The notes under the pieces are model-generated. The model ran no database searches, was not told the DNA's origin, and was given only the letters and a program-made list of their open reading frames with translations. A DNA stretch of 64,000 nt from Perkinsus chesapeaki ATCC PRA-425 (taxonomy: Eukaryota; Protista; Perkinsozoa), in assembly GCA_013115145.1 (NCBI GenBank), contig JAAPAO010000133.1, forward strand, positions 2,710 through 66,709, in the 5' to 3' direction. How positions within the stretch are numbered: the stretch's first letter is position 1; each line of letters opens with the position of its first letter. Below are positions 33,263-47,888 of this stretch, in pieces. The position numbers and the translations under genes were made by a program.

Positions 33263-35452
33263 TCATCGAGGAGTGAATCTCGAAGGGTTGAAACTGTTGA
33301 CTTTGATATGTTGAGGTTTGCCATCTGCTATTATATCAGCCATGGCCTCACCAGATACCAAAGACCACAGTATGCCCCAACAGTTGTGCCCACCTATCAT
33401 ATACCTACTTGACCGACATGAAGGCTGATGATGACGACAGACCAACAACACTCACATATTGGGGATGCTCGGTGAAAGACAACCAATAGCCGGGAGAGCG
33501 TCCGGTAGTATTGGCCGCAAGCATGCCTGCTGGACATCGGGAGTTGACTGGGGGTCCACTAGAGACGTCAAAGCTGACAAGGACTGGCAAAGGCCGCGGT
33601 CACCAACGATGAGACACGCTACTGTTCACCTTGTGGCCGGCGCTTACTCGAGTCACCTCGGGCTGTACGTCACAGGGGTTCAATTTTCGCAGAGTGTCTG
33701 GCTCGAGGTGGGGGGATCCGCCCAGGCCGCAGATGTAGATGTCACCGTCCGGGCGAGGATAGACTTCGAGATGGCAGCCATTGTCATCATCTGAACTGAC
33801 AGAGCAAGCATGTGGCTACAAAGAGGAGTGGGCATACCAGAAGAGGGCATGGACATCGGGTACACTACTGCTCATCCTAGACTTGTATATTATGCTGCTA
33901 CTTTTGATGCCACTCATTGGCACACTTACCTTGCCCTTCAAGGATGGCCTGAATGATGAAGGCATCATCATCTGAGCGCTTACCAGTGTGCAGTACCATG
34001 TCTCAGCCTCACACAACCATGCCCCCATGGCCAGGACCACCTCAGTCCCGTCCACAACTGTGCCATCGGATAGTAAGACGCCGGTGAGGCCGCCCTGAGG
34101 GGCCACGACTGTCACCGCGGCAAGTGAGATGGCTCGCAGCCGCTCACCTTCCTGTCTTGGGCTACGACCACATCTACGACCTTGACACCAGTACGGACCT
34201 GGAGCATGCCCGAGCTGGTGGCCTCCTGGATGAGGGATTGAGTGAGCTCTAAGGGGGTTATCTGAGGATCACAGTGGATGGCGATCGGTGGACCATCGAC
34301 GAACTCATAACAGAAATGAGCGGGGAATCAAGATACCTGTTGGAGTTCGCGCGACATAGCGCGTGACGTGACAGCTATGTGACGGGATCTTTGTATCACA
34401 TTTGATAAAGGGCGAGCCGCCCGAGAGATACGTAGGATTAGTAAGATTATGCTGTTGGATAGGAATGACAGAAAGTCAGCAACTACTCCGGGAAAAGGGA
34501 ATGGGTATCACTATTGCCGTGATGAGTGTAAGCAGCAACACGTATTCAGGTCACATCAACAGTGGCTGGATGCTGAGGTTATCGGGAATAACCAAGCGGA
34601 TGTGTCACCACCCGATACTTATATCATTCGGGGACTTTGGCTGATATATGTACATTTAATAATCCTACCTGTGCGGTATCCGAGTCCATCAGAGTTGAGC
34701 TCGTATTACCCCTGTCCAGCCAGGAACACTGAGTGTCTCGGCTCCCACCACCCTCACCACCAGCTCGGCTGCCTCTCCTGTCCCGAATCTGTGAGATATA
34801 GATGTCGACGACCAGCGGGACATTGAATAGCCAATTTCAGACGTTTCTTGAAAACAAAGGCCCGAGGTGGTGAAAGGAGATTTGAGAGGTATCATGCTGG
34901 TTAAGAACATCCGAATGTACTGGGCATCTCAAAGCAATTAGAAGGATGAGAAATTGGCGTTAGATGTATTCAATGGTATCCGGTACGTAGTGTGAAGTGC
35001 GTATCGAGTCACTTCACTCGATAATCACATTACAGAGATAGGAATCTGTATGGAGCGACGATTTTCATTTTAGGCTAATGACCCCCCCCGGGGGCAATAC
35101 TACTTATTTCACTACGACTCCATCCCCACTCAGATACCTGCGTTTGAGCTGTTGGTATCTTCCTGTACGATATAAGTCCATGTTCCTTAGCATACTCCTC
35201 AATAAGGTCAAAGCCTCTGAAGTGAAGTTGCCTAGTAGGCCCCGAACTCCATCCTCTAGCCAGGAAACCTCCTGAAGGCCCCCTCCTCCTCCTCCTCTTC
35301 TTCCAGTAGCCCACTGCCAACTCACCTGCCTTCCCACTGGCAGAGCACCCAATGGTCTCTCGCTCCAGGATGATACTACTCCTTCCGAGCTTGCTGAGGT
35401 AGTAAGCGGTCGAAGCCGCCATTATGCCGCCACCGACGATAAGGACCGGCAT
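33263..35452 (-). CDS. FAD-dependent oxidoreductase, DAO family (TDA3-like)
   Basis: VLIVGGGIMAASTAYYL..ERETIGCSASGKAGGFLARGW; DGTVVDGTEVVLAMGAW; QQACLRPILPDALPAIG; GGHNCWGILWSLVSGEAMADII. Confidence 0.88.
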
Positions 35453-35570
35453 GGGGAGGGTATGAGAGGACTTGGATTTCCAAACCAGAATGATGCTGTT
35501 AAAAGACAAGTCGGATGGACGGAGAGAAACTCTATTATTAAAGTGTATACAATGGTTGTTGTCATTATCA

Positions 35571-36181
35571 TCACTGTCGGTTCTGTAGCCTCCTGTTGAG
35601 GTACCGCAGGAGGAGGAACGGCCCGAGGAAGAGCAATAGGTGCACAAAGAAGTCATATCTGAAGGAAGGTAGGGGAGAGAAGGACAACCATAGTACTACC
35701 CTGAGGACATAGGATAGTCTCCAAAGAGGACTAGAGGACCTAGCATAACAAAGCTGCTGCTCGAGCTACGACCGGCAGAGCTCGGGCCAATCGTTGGGGT
35801 GTGTGGCGGTGGTGTGTAGCGATACGAGGTAGATGATGGTGCCGAATAGAATAGCAGAGGGTGTCCGATGACCAGTCGAAGGAGTGAGGCGACTAGGACC
35901 TACGCTTACGAGATGTCACGTGCCGATGGAGCCTTGGCTACCGCGGTCCAGGCCCAGCAAATCCATGTCCAATACCCTGGAGCGATAAATCTCTCCATGA
36001 AGGAGTTTGGTAGGAGCCTGCCGACAGCTGTAGGATATTCACTACAGATGGCAAGTGTGTGCTCATAGGCCTCCTCAGCTCCATGCCCAACGTTCCTTAA
36101 TAGGCCATGGATGCGGCTGCCATTAGGAGACTGAGTCGAAGGCCCACGGGCGTACTGGGCCGAGCATCGATCCAGCTCCAT
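35571..36181 (-). CDS. Small hypothetical membrane protein
   Basis: ORF MELDRCSAQY... plus a terminal exon YDFFVHLLLFLGPFLLLRYLNRRLQNRQ* (TM-like). Confidence 0.35.
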
Positions 36182-37435
36182 TCGGACATCACTCTTTACT
36201 GAATCCTAAAAACGCAAGCCTGGCTTGGAAAGAGATCGTAAGCGGTAAGTAGAATAGACAATAGTTTCGCAAAGTAATTCCCTGACGGAAGGTCTAGACT
36301 TCCCTTATTTAGCCGATCGGCACAAGAGCTTCACGCGTGAAATTTACGGCCGGAAGGGATTCATCGGAGAGTTGTGGAACCCAGGTCTTATCGACTTCTT
36401 GCCGCAAGGTATCCGCTATTGAGGAATTCTCCCTCCCGGTCCCGACTTCCATTTGCCCTCATTATTATTACAGCAATGCCACTCTGTGCCGTTATCCATA
36501 CTAGTATGCGATGAGCAGCCAGCCGAGGTGTCCAATCCTCCTTCTGTCTCTCTGCTCGGTTTAATAACCTCACAATCTGCTAGGATCATTTCATACCGTA
36601 TTTCACTCCGATCATACCTTCTGTATCTGCGTATTATACGGCCCAGAGCCTCTAGTCCAATGCTGCAAGGCTCTCATTGACTGCAATGCTTCCCTCTGGC
36701 AGGCCTGGGCTACCTCCTCGTTTGTTGACGGATTCACACCACTAGGCGATAAAGAAGAAGAGGTGCTCATCAGCGGTACATTAGATATCTTTTCGCACTG
36801 CGAAGATTTTAGATACTCCCGCCGCCTACTTCACAACTCAACCCAAAAAGGCGATTATGACACTAATGTCTCGCGGCAAGTTTAGCAGCAGCTCCTTCCA
36901 GCGCCGCCCACGAGTCATTGAAGCAGTGATGCTGAGAGCGATGATGAGTCACAGCCTCACAGTAGAAACCCGCGTAGAGAGGAAGTAAGGAGGAGAGGCA
37001 GCAGACGACTTAGTAGTCTGGAGCAATCAAAGAAAGCATACATATCAAGCAGCCTGATGGACTCAACCACTGCTGCTGCTGCTGCAACCGTTGGAGAGAG
37101 TAGAGTTGGGGTATCTTCTCAACCGTTCATCATCTAGTACAGAGCTAGCACCAGCTAGAGTAATAGGATTACTATGCCGGGGAGGTTAGTACAGAGAAAA
37201 CAGTCATGTGAAAAAGGATAGAGTAGAGAGCAAGGACTACTGGCTGTGAAGCTGTGAAGATGATGATGTTAGCAACAACAATGAGACATCACAATCATGC
37301 TGCAGCAGCTATCAAATACTACTTCAACAACGCAGAAGGCGTACTGGCGTTCCAACCACACAACCGCCCCACACCACCACCGTCATACGACGATGATAAG
37401 AGGACTGATTGGTAATAAATGTGGTTAAGAAAAAC

Positions 37436-39050
37436 TTAGGCGGTAGCCTCAGCCTGTTGGGCAGTCTCATCAGCCTGTTCAGCAGCGGCCTTAGCAGCAG
37501 CCTCGCGAGCTTCACGGCGCTTCTCACGGTTCTCATACTCGACCTTCTGGAGATCCTTATACTCCCCGAGCCTCTTGTTGAGATCCTCAAGGCACTTAGG
37601 AATATCAGCCTTGTTCTTGGGGGCATCGACCTTCATATCAGCGAAGAGCTGAAGAGTATCGAGGCCGTGAGTGAAGGCAGCATGACTGCCACCCTGCTTG
37701 TTGTGCTTGCCCTTCTTCTTCTGGGCAGTGGGGGCGAAGTAGTAGTTCTGAACCCTGTCCTTCTTCTGGACCAGAGCCTTAGTTCCCTCAATAGTAGGAA
37801 CCTCGGCCTTGGCAGCGGTTTCCTCAGCCTTCTCCTCGGGGGCCAAAGACTTGCAGTACTTGATGGCGTTCTCGACCAACTCGATCTCGGCAAGATAGGG
37901 GATTTCCTAAACAACTCAACTTGGACAGGATTCGGCATCAGTCACTAATTTACCTTCTCCTTCTCGAGCTCCTCCTCTTGACGCTTCTTTTCCTCCTCGG
38001 CAAGTCTAGCCTCACGCTCCTCTCTCTCACGAGCGGCGCGCTTCTCCTTCTGCTCGGCGACCCAGGCGGTGTAGGCGGTGATCTTAGCCGAGCGCTCGTC
38101 ACGGAGCTCCTTGATCTGGCCGTATTTGGCCCTGATTTCCTTGTTCAACTTCTCACGGGCCTCGAAGATATCGGACATGCCCTCCATGGCCTTACGACGC
38201 CCATCCATGAGCTTCGAGTATTGTTCGTGGAGCTTGCGCCTCTCATCACGGGCATTGTTGAGGTTACTATATAAATGAAATGGTCATTCAGATAACCTCT
38301 GGAGTATCTTACGTTCTGATATCCTCCAAGTTGGCCTTTAAAGGTCCAACGTTGGTGGTATCATACTCGCCGGAAGCGGTCTTCATGGCGTCGAACTTCT
38401 TGAGCTGAGGCTTGGTCTGCTTAAGCTCGGAGATCTGCTTCATCCTGCACAAGGAAAGTGAAGATACGTTGGAGGTTGAAAGCGTACAATTCCTTCTCCT
38501 TTTTAAGATCCAAGGACTCAGTGTGCATCCTGTACTCGATCTCAGCGATCTTATCGTCGATTTGATCCTCAGTAGAGAAGCCCAACTTCTTCTGCATGCT
38601 GCTCAATTCAGCACGGAGTTGGCGACCCTGAATCAACCGGTTTTGAATCTTTCAGTATCTATAAACCAACCTCAGTCTGCTTGGCATGGATGCCATCCTG
38701 GGTCTTGCTCCTCTTGGTCTCCAAATCGGAGACAATCTTTTGTTGCTCATCCATCTGCTGCTTCAACAGATCACGCTTGCGAAGGAACTCGTCCTTGCCC
38801 TCGGACTTGCCGTGGATTTGATCGTTAAGCTCATGGACCTAAGATACCATATATTTAAAGATTCTTCAAGGTTAAATAACCTTACCTTAGCTTGAAGGCC
38901 CTTGATTTCCTCACTTAGCTTATCGATCTTCTTCTCATAATAAGCACGATCGACAGGTTGAGGCCTAGTAGAGGCACCCTTATCGGAACCGGTCTCCTTA
39001 GGAGCTTCAGCCTTCTTAGAGGCGGTGGCGGCGTTCTTAGCATTCGACAT
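37436..39050 (-). CDS. BFR1-like coiled-coil (nuclear segregation / mRNP-associated) protein
   Basis: RPQPVDRAYYEKKIDKL, KKLGFSTEDQIDDKIAEIEYRMHTESLDLKKEK, PYLAEIELVENAIKYC and HGLDTLQLFADMKVDAP match the Bfr1-family pattern as I recall it. Confidence 0.75.
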
Positions 39051-39406
39051 GTCGGAAGGGTTGCGAGGCGTGTTGAAGGTGGTGGAAGCCGAGTAGCACT
39101 AACTCAAACGAGAGATTGTACTGATGACACAAGTGTCGTGATATGGGCGTGCGATAAATCAATTCCAGTCCTTATCGATCTCGCTATCATTACCATTTCT
39201 CGACCCCTCCCTTACAAACACTTCAGCGACTCTTTTTGGTCATTTTGGCTGAGCGGTAGAGCGCTAGACTGCCTAGCGATCAGACTCGCGTTCTATCCCT
39301 GGCGACGATATTTTTTGACATTTTTTGACGTTGAAAATTGATCAATGGACACGCTATGGCGCAGTAAGTGGTATTTCAGTTAGCCACAACCCTTTTGTCG
39401 CTGCTA

Positions 39407-42400
39407 ATGGCAACAACGGCGATGATAGATCACACAGACTCACCGAGCTCATCGAGCGAATACTATTACAATCGGAAACAGTTACTTAAGTAGGGGAGTA
39501 TCATGCACGCTTCAACCTAGGATACTCCTCCTCAGAATGTACCCGGGCCGTCCTGGTCCTGAGACCCCTAATCCAATAGGGATCAAGATCCATCGATTCC
39601 CTCCACCAGCGGCCAAACAAAGGTCTCAAGGCGGTCACGATGATATGACCGGAGATATAGGGGGTAATACCGGTAATACCCCAACAAAGAGAATATATGC
39701 GATTAGGTGTTACTCGAGGAGGACCCCATTCTGGAGCAAAGGGAAGAGGCAAAGGTGCTGGTGGTAAGGGAGGTATAGATGCTACTATAGCTGGAGGGCC
39801 AGCTGCTAAAGGGGGCAAGGGGAAAGGCAGGAATCACGTGGAAGGTGGTGCCAGTCATAAAGCTCTTCATCCCTACCCCTATTGAAGGTCGACCGTGCAT
39901 TATACACCTTTATTAGATACTCTGGGCGGAGGCTCTCCTAAAGCTTCGGATCATGACGGCACTGCTAATGCTGGTGATGATGGCTGGCAAGTAGTAAAGC
40001 CTAAACAAGGCAATAGGGATTGGGGTGCTTTAAGAGGAGGTCGACAAGGTGAAGTGGAGCTCACTGGAGATACGGTTACTAATCGCAATCCACAGATGAT
40101 GAAGATGGGAAGCCCCTGCCACCATGGCGGCGGAATGCAGCTGGTCAGCAGCAGCAGCATCACCAAGGAGCAGGCGGCAGACGGGGAGGTACTTGAGGTG
40201 GCTTCCGCTGTTCCAGAGCTCATTTGCAGAGATGTCACCACCGCACCATTTACACGGTGATCAACTACATGAGCACTATCATAGAGCTGACGAGAACAAC
40301 GACCACGACCATAGCCCTGTGGCCCACAGACCTGCTAGTCTGGTCTCTCCCACCAAAAAGTAAGAAGTTAATTAACAACTAGTATGACGGGATGCTATTA
40401 GGGTTGCCAATTCTGAGAAGGCGGCAGAGCCAGCAGTGCAGCCAGCACCTGCTACTGCTGAGGCAGGTCCTAGTACCCCAGCATCAGTGGACCCTTTCAC
40501 TATGGCCTTATTAAGAGGTGCATCACCGGAGCCTCGAAGGGAGTCACCTCCGAGCACTTTTGATCATGGAGTAACAGCCTCTTTTGTAGTAGAATCAAGG
40601 GCACCTGTTTAGACTGCTGCCCCTTTGGCCCAGCCCAAGCAGCCACCAGCTGAGAGCAGCAGCAGCAACCTATTTGGTGATAGTATGGGCTCAGACAGCC
40701 TATTTGGTCCACCCTTAGAGCACGAGGGTATCGCTGCCTTTACTGAGGTAAGCCTGTCATCATCGACATCATCAACGAGTAGCTCTGACATTACTCCTTG
40801 CCTTTAGACTGCTGTCCCTGCGTCGTCTGGGAGCCGCTTCGCCAAGCTTTTTGAGACATTGCATGCTGCAGACGAGCCCCATTCAAAGCAATCTGCTCCT
40901 TTTCCTCCGCAGCAGCAGCTTCCGACAGCTACTCATCCTCAGCCTGCTTTCCCAGGCAGTGGTGCTTTCCCTTCTTCGGGGCCCTTCGCCGCAGCAGCAG
41001 CACCCTCACCGTTTGCTCCAGCTGTCAGTAGCCCTCAACCCTCTACTACCTCCCTATTCGGTGGTGGCCTGTCCTCCTCTGCTGCCCCTCCCAGTAGCCT
41101 TTTCGGCTCATCTCGTCTCCCACAGCAGCAGCAGGCACCGAAGACGTCCCTGCCAGTAAGGGTCGAAGCACGGCTACTCATCATTAGTGTTGCGGTTTTT
41201 GTTAGGCAACTGGAGGGCCCGCACAGACGGCCACGGCCAGCCAGGCTCAGCTGCAGCAGGCTCTGCTACAGCAGTTGAGGGCAGCTCCACCAGCTACTAC
41301 GGCGAAGGTCCAACAGATTCTCGAGAGAGCTTCTAGTAACGCGTCCACTCAAGGAGGAGGTGTCCCTGCTTTATTACACCAACTACAGGCTCAAGCACAG
41401 CAAAAGAGGGAACAGGCTGAACAACAGGTAGTTAGGGAGGAGAGGGAGGGAGGGAGGGGCAGCATCGTGGCTCAGGCGAGAGCTATGGCCGCGGCAGCAA
41501 CCCAACAACAGCAACAACAGGCAGCGGCCTTGGCCAAGCTGCAACAGATGCAAGCTCAACAACAACAGATGAAGAAGTTATTACAGGAACAACAACAGCA
41601 TGCCAGACAGCAAGTAGTGTTGTTGTTGGTATTGATGATGTATTATAGTAGTATTATAATAGGGAGGATACGAGGGGGGCACACCACCACCATCCACCTC
41701 TACAATGGCCGCATTGAACAGGCTACTGTCTGCCAGTAGCCACCAGAGCTCTCAAGCAGCTGGAGGAGGAGGAGCAGGCAGTTCGGCTGCGGCGGTGGCG
41801 GCACCAGTCGGGACACCCTCACCTGGCATTGACGTTAACGCTCTATTCTGGACTTATCTCGATCCCCATGGTCGCAAGCAGGGCCCGTTCTCCAACGCTC
41901 AGATGAAGAGTAAGCTTCCTTCTCGAATTGCTTCAGCTATGTATTGCCTCGTCAGCGTGGCACTCGGCCAACTACTTCGCTGCCGATCTCCCTCTTGCCT
42001 TCTCCACCTCAAGCGCTCCAACACCTGGTAGCAGATTCGCACCACTAAATAGAATCTTTCCGCCAGGCAGCAAGCCTTTCTCTGTAATTGCCGCCGTCCT
42101 GCTTTCTACCCCCTCAACAGCTGCTGTGTTTAGGATGCCCCTCGTCCGGTGGGCACGGCAGCGGCTCCTCCCCGTCCCTCCTCGAGCAGCAGCAGTCTTG
42201 GTTCTACTCCGTCCCCGACTCGCTCCGGTATGATCGCCGCGGCCCTCGAGAAACAGGCATCGAATGCATCCCTGTCATCAAGTGGTGGCCATTCGAGATC
42301 CCCTCCACCTCCACCGGTCCTCCCTCCAACTCAACCGCCTAATGCTCGTAGAGGTAACCACGAGGCAGCTGGCAGCGCTGGCCGAAGCCGAGGTGGAAAG

Positions 42401-43217
42401 GCAAACAGACAGGTGAGGATGATGACGATGCCTTTCGCCGATGCGTAGCTGGTGTCCGGTCAGCAACCACCAGTACTCCCTCCGACGGCCCCTCCTACCA
42501 ATAGTCGATCCGCCTCACCGGAAGGCCGCCGCTTCGACGAGAGAGGTCGTGCAAAGGAGCAGGCCTCAGAGTCGTTGAGAGGTCTCTTGGGATTGAACTC
42601 AGCTTCACGCTCGCCCAGTAACAGCAGCAGCCCTGAGAGGATCACACCGAGCGCTCATGCCAAACCATCTGGAGGGGAACGAGTAGGAGTGATAGACAAT
42701 TCTCTCAGTCTACTATTGTTCCTTATTTTAGTCCACCGAGACCGACCAACAGCGCAAGCAAGGCGGACGTGGTGGCAGGCGCAGCAACCCTGATGGATCG
42801 GATCGTCCGAGAACAGTCTATCCGAGGAGGCCTGGTGATGAGAAGGACAAGCCCAAGACAGTTGTATGGCCAAAAGCGCACTATGAAGAATTATGGATAC
42901 CTTATTATCAGGTTGCCGGAAAGGACGTTGCTGATCCTTCATCGCTACATAAAGGATGGCTCTGGTCACCGAGCGATGAGGCAGCTATGCGCAGGAAGGA
43001 GCTTGGTAGAGAGGTTGCGCCGTCCCCAGCTCCTAAGAAAATGTCATTAAAGGAGATTATGGCTTGCGAGAATGACGCTAATAATATCAAGGCCTTGATG
43101 ACCGGTCATAACGCCACTCAACCGCATAAAATGAAAATACCAGCGGCAAAGAAGAAGAGCCAAAAGCAGCTTAAAAAGGAGGCTGCTGAAGCGTCTAAGA
43201 ATTCTGGAAGCTCATAA
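39407..43217 (+). CDS. GYF-domain protein (GIGYF/Smy2-like); 3' end may extend to about 43330
   Basis: GYF domain WTYLDPHGRKQGPFSNAQMK|WHSANYFAADLP (about 41846-42000), N-terminal YYYNRKQLL motif, and RGG/KGG, Q-rich and P-rich linkers. Confidence 0.85.
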
Positions 43218-43852
43218 AGGAAGTCTGTCCATCACTTCTGTCCATATTTATATGAAATAAAGCATATATTAGAAGGACCTTTGATACCGCAGATAATGCT
43301 GTGGCTGCTGCTATCGGAAGGAGTGGTATAGCATTTTTGCCCCTATCACTATATCAGTTTTAGCAGCACCACCATCGTCATCACCATCATCTGTGCTGTT
43401 GATCTCATTTGCCATATAATTGTACATCTTCATTATAGTCTACTCCATCATCATCACTAGATCATATTACGTTGTTGCCGATGACGATGATGATGACGGA
43501 ACCCCCTGGAATTTCTACTGCTACATCAAACATAGTTTTGTTGAGTTATATCAGTAAAGGCAAGAAGACACTGGTAAAGCTAATGAGCACATTGTCATTG
43601 AACAGTGTACAAATATTTAACAACTTTGTGGCAGCAGTCCACTAGTTGCCGTAGGCCTTGCGCGATAGGGTTCTAGTGTTAGACAATCGCAAATGGCATG
43701 CGAGTCTAAGTTAATAATTATATAATGTTTTGTATTATAATATCATCTTTACCGTGGACGAATGCAGATTGTACTCAGTAACGCGACTAGCCTATTAAAG
43801 GAAACACATCAGCAGCAGCAACACGGGCTATTAAGTCTTCTTATCAACCACT

Positions 43853-45950
43853 CTAAGCAACGATGCATTCTTCAAAGCCAAGAGGCATCCAGCCAGAAGT
43901 AGCATCTGAAATAGTCATCAAGCTCCAGCCAGGCAAAACAGGACTCACCGAGCACGTCGCAAAGACAGTAGCTTCGTCCATGTCACCGACACTCGTGCAG
44001 ATTTTAGCCACAACAATGTTAAGTGGTATCCGATAAAGGTTGAACATCGTAGCTCTGATAGACGCTGGAACGATGTCTAAATTGGAAGGGTATAAAAATG
44101 GGCAAGGCCAGTGCCAAGGGTTACTCGAGCGAACTGAGTAGTGTGTCGGGAAATATACGCCACAACATCCTTCAAATAGAGAGAATGCAATAAGTCTGAG
44201 TATAGGAGAGCTTGTGAGGCAAGGCACCTGAAGAGGGCTATAATAGGGACATACCAGAGGCATTGGACATACTGCCAAAGCAACAGCACCCACTAGCAGC
44301 ACGTATGGGAGGACTCCAGCGAGACCGATGGAACGCTTCTGAATGACAACACTTATGGCAAAGGTAATCGGAGGTTGGCTGCTGCTGCCTACCGTAATGA
44401 ACTCGAAGACTTGACTGCCGATCATCATAGCAATCATAAAATCGGTGAAGACCGTACCAGGGTCCATAGATTCGGGAAGGGCGGGTGTCCACATGAATAC
44501 AAAGACATACATTGCTGATTCAAAACAGGACTGAGAATACACTAGATGGAGTAATAGTAGGCATATTATTACTTGAACAAGGCCACAGAGGAGGACGCTT
44601 GGCTGGGCGAGGGCAACTCTGAAGGCCTCTTCGATAGCCGATACCATTCCACCTTCCCCGTTTGCCTCGGAGCTTGTCTTACCACCGCCGTAGTTCTCAT
44701 TCCTGAGTTCCCTCACCAACGGTACAAATGCTATATCTTACCACAGTAAGGTTATCAGTAAACCACAGACAGCAAGCGAGAGGGCCGAGAGCTCGAAGGG
44801 TCCGATCGGCCCGTACTGCACCGCGGCGAAGTGGGACAAGATTCCAGCAAGGATAGCGACACTTCCATTACCTAACAGAAGGAGCTCCAATATTAATGAC
44901 AAGTCGGTACGGACCAAGAGTTGACTTGGCAAAGGTGTCATTTAAAGAGGCCTCATTAAAGCCTCGAGCCGTGCGCTCATGGAGCATCCAAGCCTCAAAG
45001 GCTGAGAATAGGATTGACGTGGACACTCCACCGAGGAACCTGAAGAGCACCTGTTGGAGTCATTAACTTAGGCAAAATTATTGCCGCCGATTTCGACATT
45101 TCTACCAAGATAAGTAATTGTCGAAAATAGTCAAAGAGAGTCCAAGCCGAATTGACAGCGTAAAGATGTGTACGTGAACCGTGGAAGGCTGGAGGATATT
45201 AGAGAGCATAGAAGATAAACTCACCGGCCGATGAGTAGAACGTAGTAGTCGTGGAAGTGATAAAGTAGACAGGCCAGGCCGTAGAGCACACAGTACCTGT
45301 TGGGAGGAATGACGGGGAAAAGAACGGAAGGTGTACATGAGACAGGCCTTCTTTCGACCGAACGAGTCGGTAAGTCCACCAACGAACATACCGAAGACGC
45401 CGGAGGTAAGGAAACCCACTATAAAGAGGGAACCTGGGGGCAGGAGGAGGAGGAGGAGGATGAATTGAATTATCATCGGAGCAATCCTCGTGGAAAAATA
45501 AGTGACATTGGAAGTGGAGACCAATGTATGGCTTTAGATACGTTAACAGTTTTAACGTCTACTCGGATCAAAATCCAACCTTGAAAGTTTCATGTCATCA
45601 TTGCCAGCGCTTCGCCACCTTCCTTTACTACCTATTTCCTCTATACTATATCCATAAGATCGATACAGTGCATACACAAAGGGTCCCTGTAGCCAATCAG
45701 CCAGAGCAGCTAATAGGTAAACGCTCAAATATGCCCATTGGAAGCGACGGAACTCTTGGCTGGAATTACTGCTGGTGCCCTGTAAGGTGTAGCACTGTCG
45801 AAGCAAAGAGGCATTGTGACGGCTACCTTGGACACTCGTGGAAGGAATAGGTTATAAAGAGGCTTGGCAGCGCATAAGGCTGCCAGGAGGATACCTACAC
45901 TCCCCTCTGTAGTGAAAGGCCATTCGAATACGATCATGACCTGCAAGTCT
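43853..45950 (-). CDS. MFS transporter, MFSD5/molybdate-anion transporter (DUF791) family
   Basis: FRRFQWAYLSVYLLAALADWLQGPFVYALYRSYG, DSFGRKKACLMY, LGGVSTSILFSAFEAW, SCFESAMYVFVFMWTPAL and RATMFNLYRIPLN. Start approximate. Confidence 0.88.
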
Positions 45951-46144
45951 GTTATGCCAGAATAGGCTGAGGGGCGGTGAAGGCCAGTCTCCGATTATTC
46001 ACATTGAATTTGTTGGAGCTTTCACACACAACGGATGCCCAAGGATCACAGCGGGGAGTGTAATGTTAGTATAAGACATGGCTACAGTGTCTCATCGATT
46101 TCATCAATCTTTGCCGGTTTTTATCCTACCCGGCATACCCCTGC

Positions 46145-47400
46145 TCACCGAAGGCTGGTGGCACTTGTCAGGAATCCAGGATCTGGAATTGGGCAGAGTT
46201 GAGCGATAGAATAGAGAGAATCTTTAATATTCTTCTGATCACATCTTGGCATTCTCGGAGTCCCCGAGAGAATTCCCTGGACCAGGGCTGGAACCCGCGC
46301 CGTTGTGCACGCGTGCATGCCAACTGCGCTGGCCGCCGCCCTTTGTGCGCTTTGACAAGCTTTGTCATACGTGGAGGCACAGGAATCCTTCGTTATATGC
46401 GTGCAGAATGTGTACTGAGAGCTTCGATTGAGTCGATTGAGCCAGAACGGTGTGACTAAGTAACGAAGTGGCATCTACTACTCAGAAGTGCTCGAAAGAA
46501 GTGCATAGGTGCAAAGGGAAATTACAAACGTGCGGGGCCTCCTTCGGCTCCCTACGAACGCAAGCAAGCTTATTGGTCAGGCGAGTGAAGAGTTCATGCT
46601 ATCAGCGGCATGTCGGGCCCGTAACGCATAAGCTGAAAGCTACTGGCTGTGATACACTTATTCACGGAGAATGGCACTCGAGAACCTGGCTGGGATTCAC
46701 CGTGGCAAATGAATACCCCAAGCGCATAGCCCTCGCATAGCTCTGTTATATGACTGGAAATACGGCGGATCATTATGATGCCGTTGGCCCATTCGTATCA
46801 TTGCGCTGAAGGGTACACGAGACGGTCAATACCGGCATTTCACATACGTACTGTAGGAGCAACGCTGATGGTTACCCAACGGGTGAAATCCATACATCTT
46901 GTTAAGAACCTCTTACCGTAAAAGTCTTACCAGTAGAACCTGGAGATAGTTTAATAGGTAGACGAACCACAACAAGTACAGAATGACACACCTGTGTCAC
47001 ATGGGCCATCATTGGCATAATGCGTTCGGGATGCTGCCCCCGATGGAAAACTCGAGCGCAGTGCTCAGCAAACAAGATGCCCGGAGACCTCAATTAGTAT
47101 TGCTCAAGCCTCGGCTAAACTAAGATTCCAAGCTAGTCTTGTTGTTCACAGTCGGCCTTCATCGTCTGCACGTGCTCCTCCTGGCATGTTCTAATTACGC
47201 ATTTCAGCTGCGTGAGGGGTCTGTCACCATCATAAGCATAAAACTCGGCTTGCCCTGAGCTAGGGTAGGAGTTTACAGCGGTAATTATAATCCTAGAACA
47301 AGATGATATCTCTCATACTGTCGTGATATTTCGCATAGGATCCACGCATGCGCACCCATAACTTCACGGTGATATCCGTTCTCATACCGCCTACGGGACT
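46145..47400 (-). CDS. Possible multi-exon Cys-containing hypothetical protein
   Basis: Protein-like frames (IIITAVNSYPSSGQAEFYAYDGDRPLTQLKCVIRTCQEEH...; YTFCTHITKDSCASTYDKACQ...). No coherent model built. Confidence 0.3.
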
Positions 47401-47888
47401 CTTAACTTACTATAAAACATGCAAGACCCTTGCACACGGATTCGGTGTTGAATAGTACACCAACTTCATCTCGCATATACGGGATAATCATTATCGGGCC
47501 GAGTGCAAAAAAATCCACTTGTGTCGCGGAAGGATGAGTGTCCCTTCGTTAACCAGGGGGCCTCGCCTCAAAGCGCGGCCTGTCACGCCCAGGTGGGGTA
47601 TAGATAGGGACTGGGCGAGCGCTGCCAACACATGTCTCCCCAGGGGCGCATAAATGTAGGCATGGAGACTGAGGGGACACAGGCCGTCTCATAAGGGCAA
47701 CGCTGCCGCTTTGCTTATAAAGGATTGGCGTATATGTCACGAGGTGGCGTTCGATTTGCATCAGCTAGAAAGTCCAAACATCCCACATCCGGCAGCGCGT
47801 TTCGATCATGTTGTCTTCAACAATATCACAGGACAGTGGCTCGACAGATTCTCCGATCATTCATTCGACAGAACCCTCCCATCAGAAA

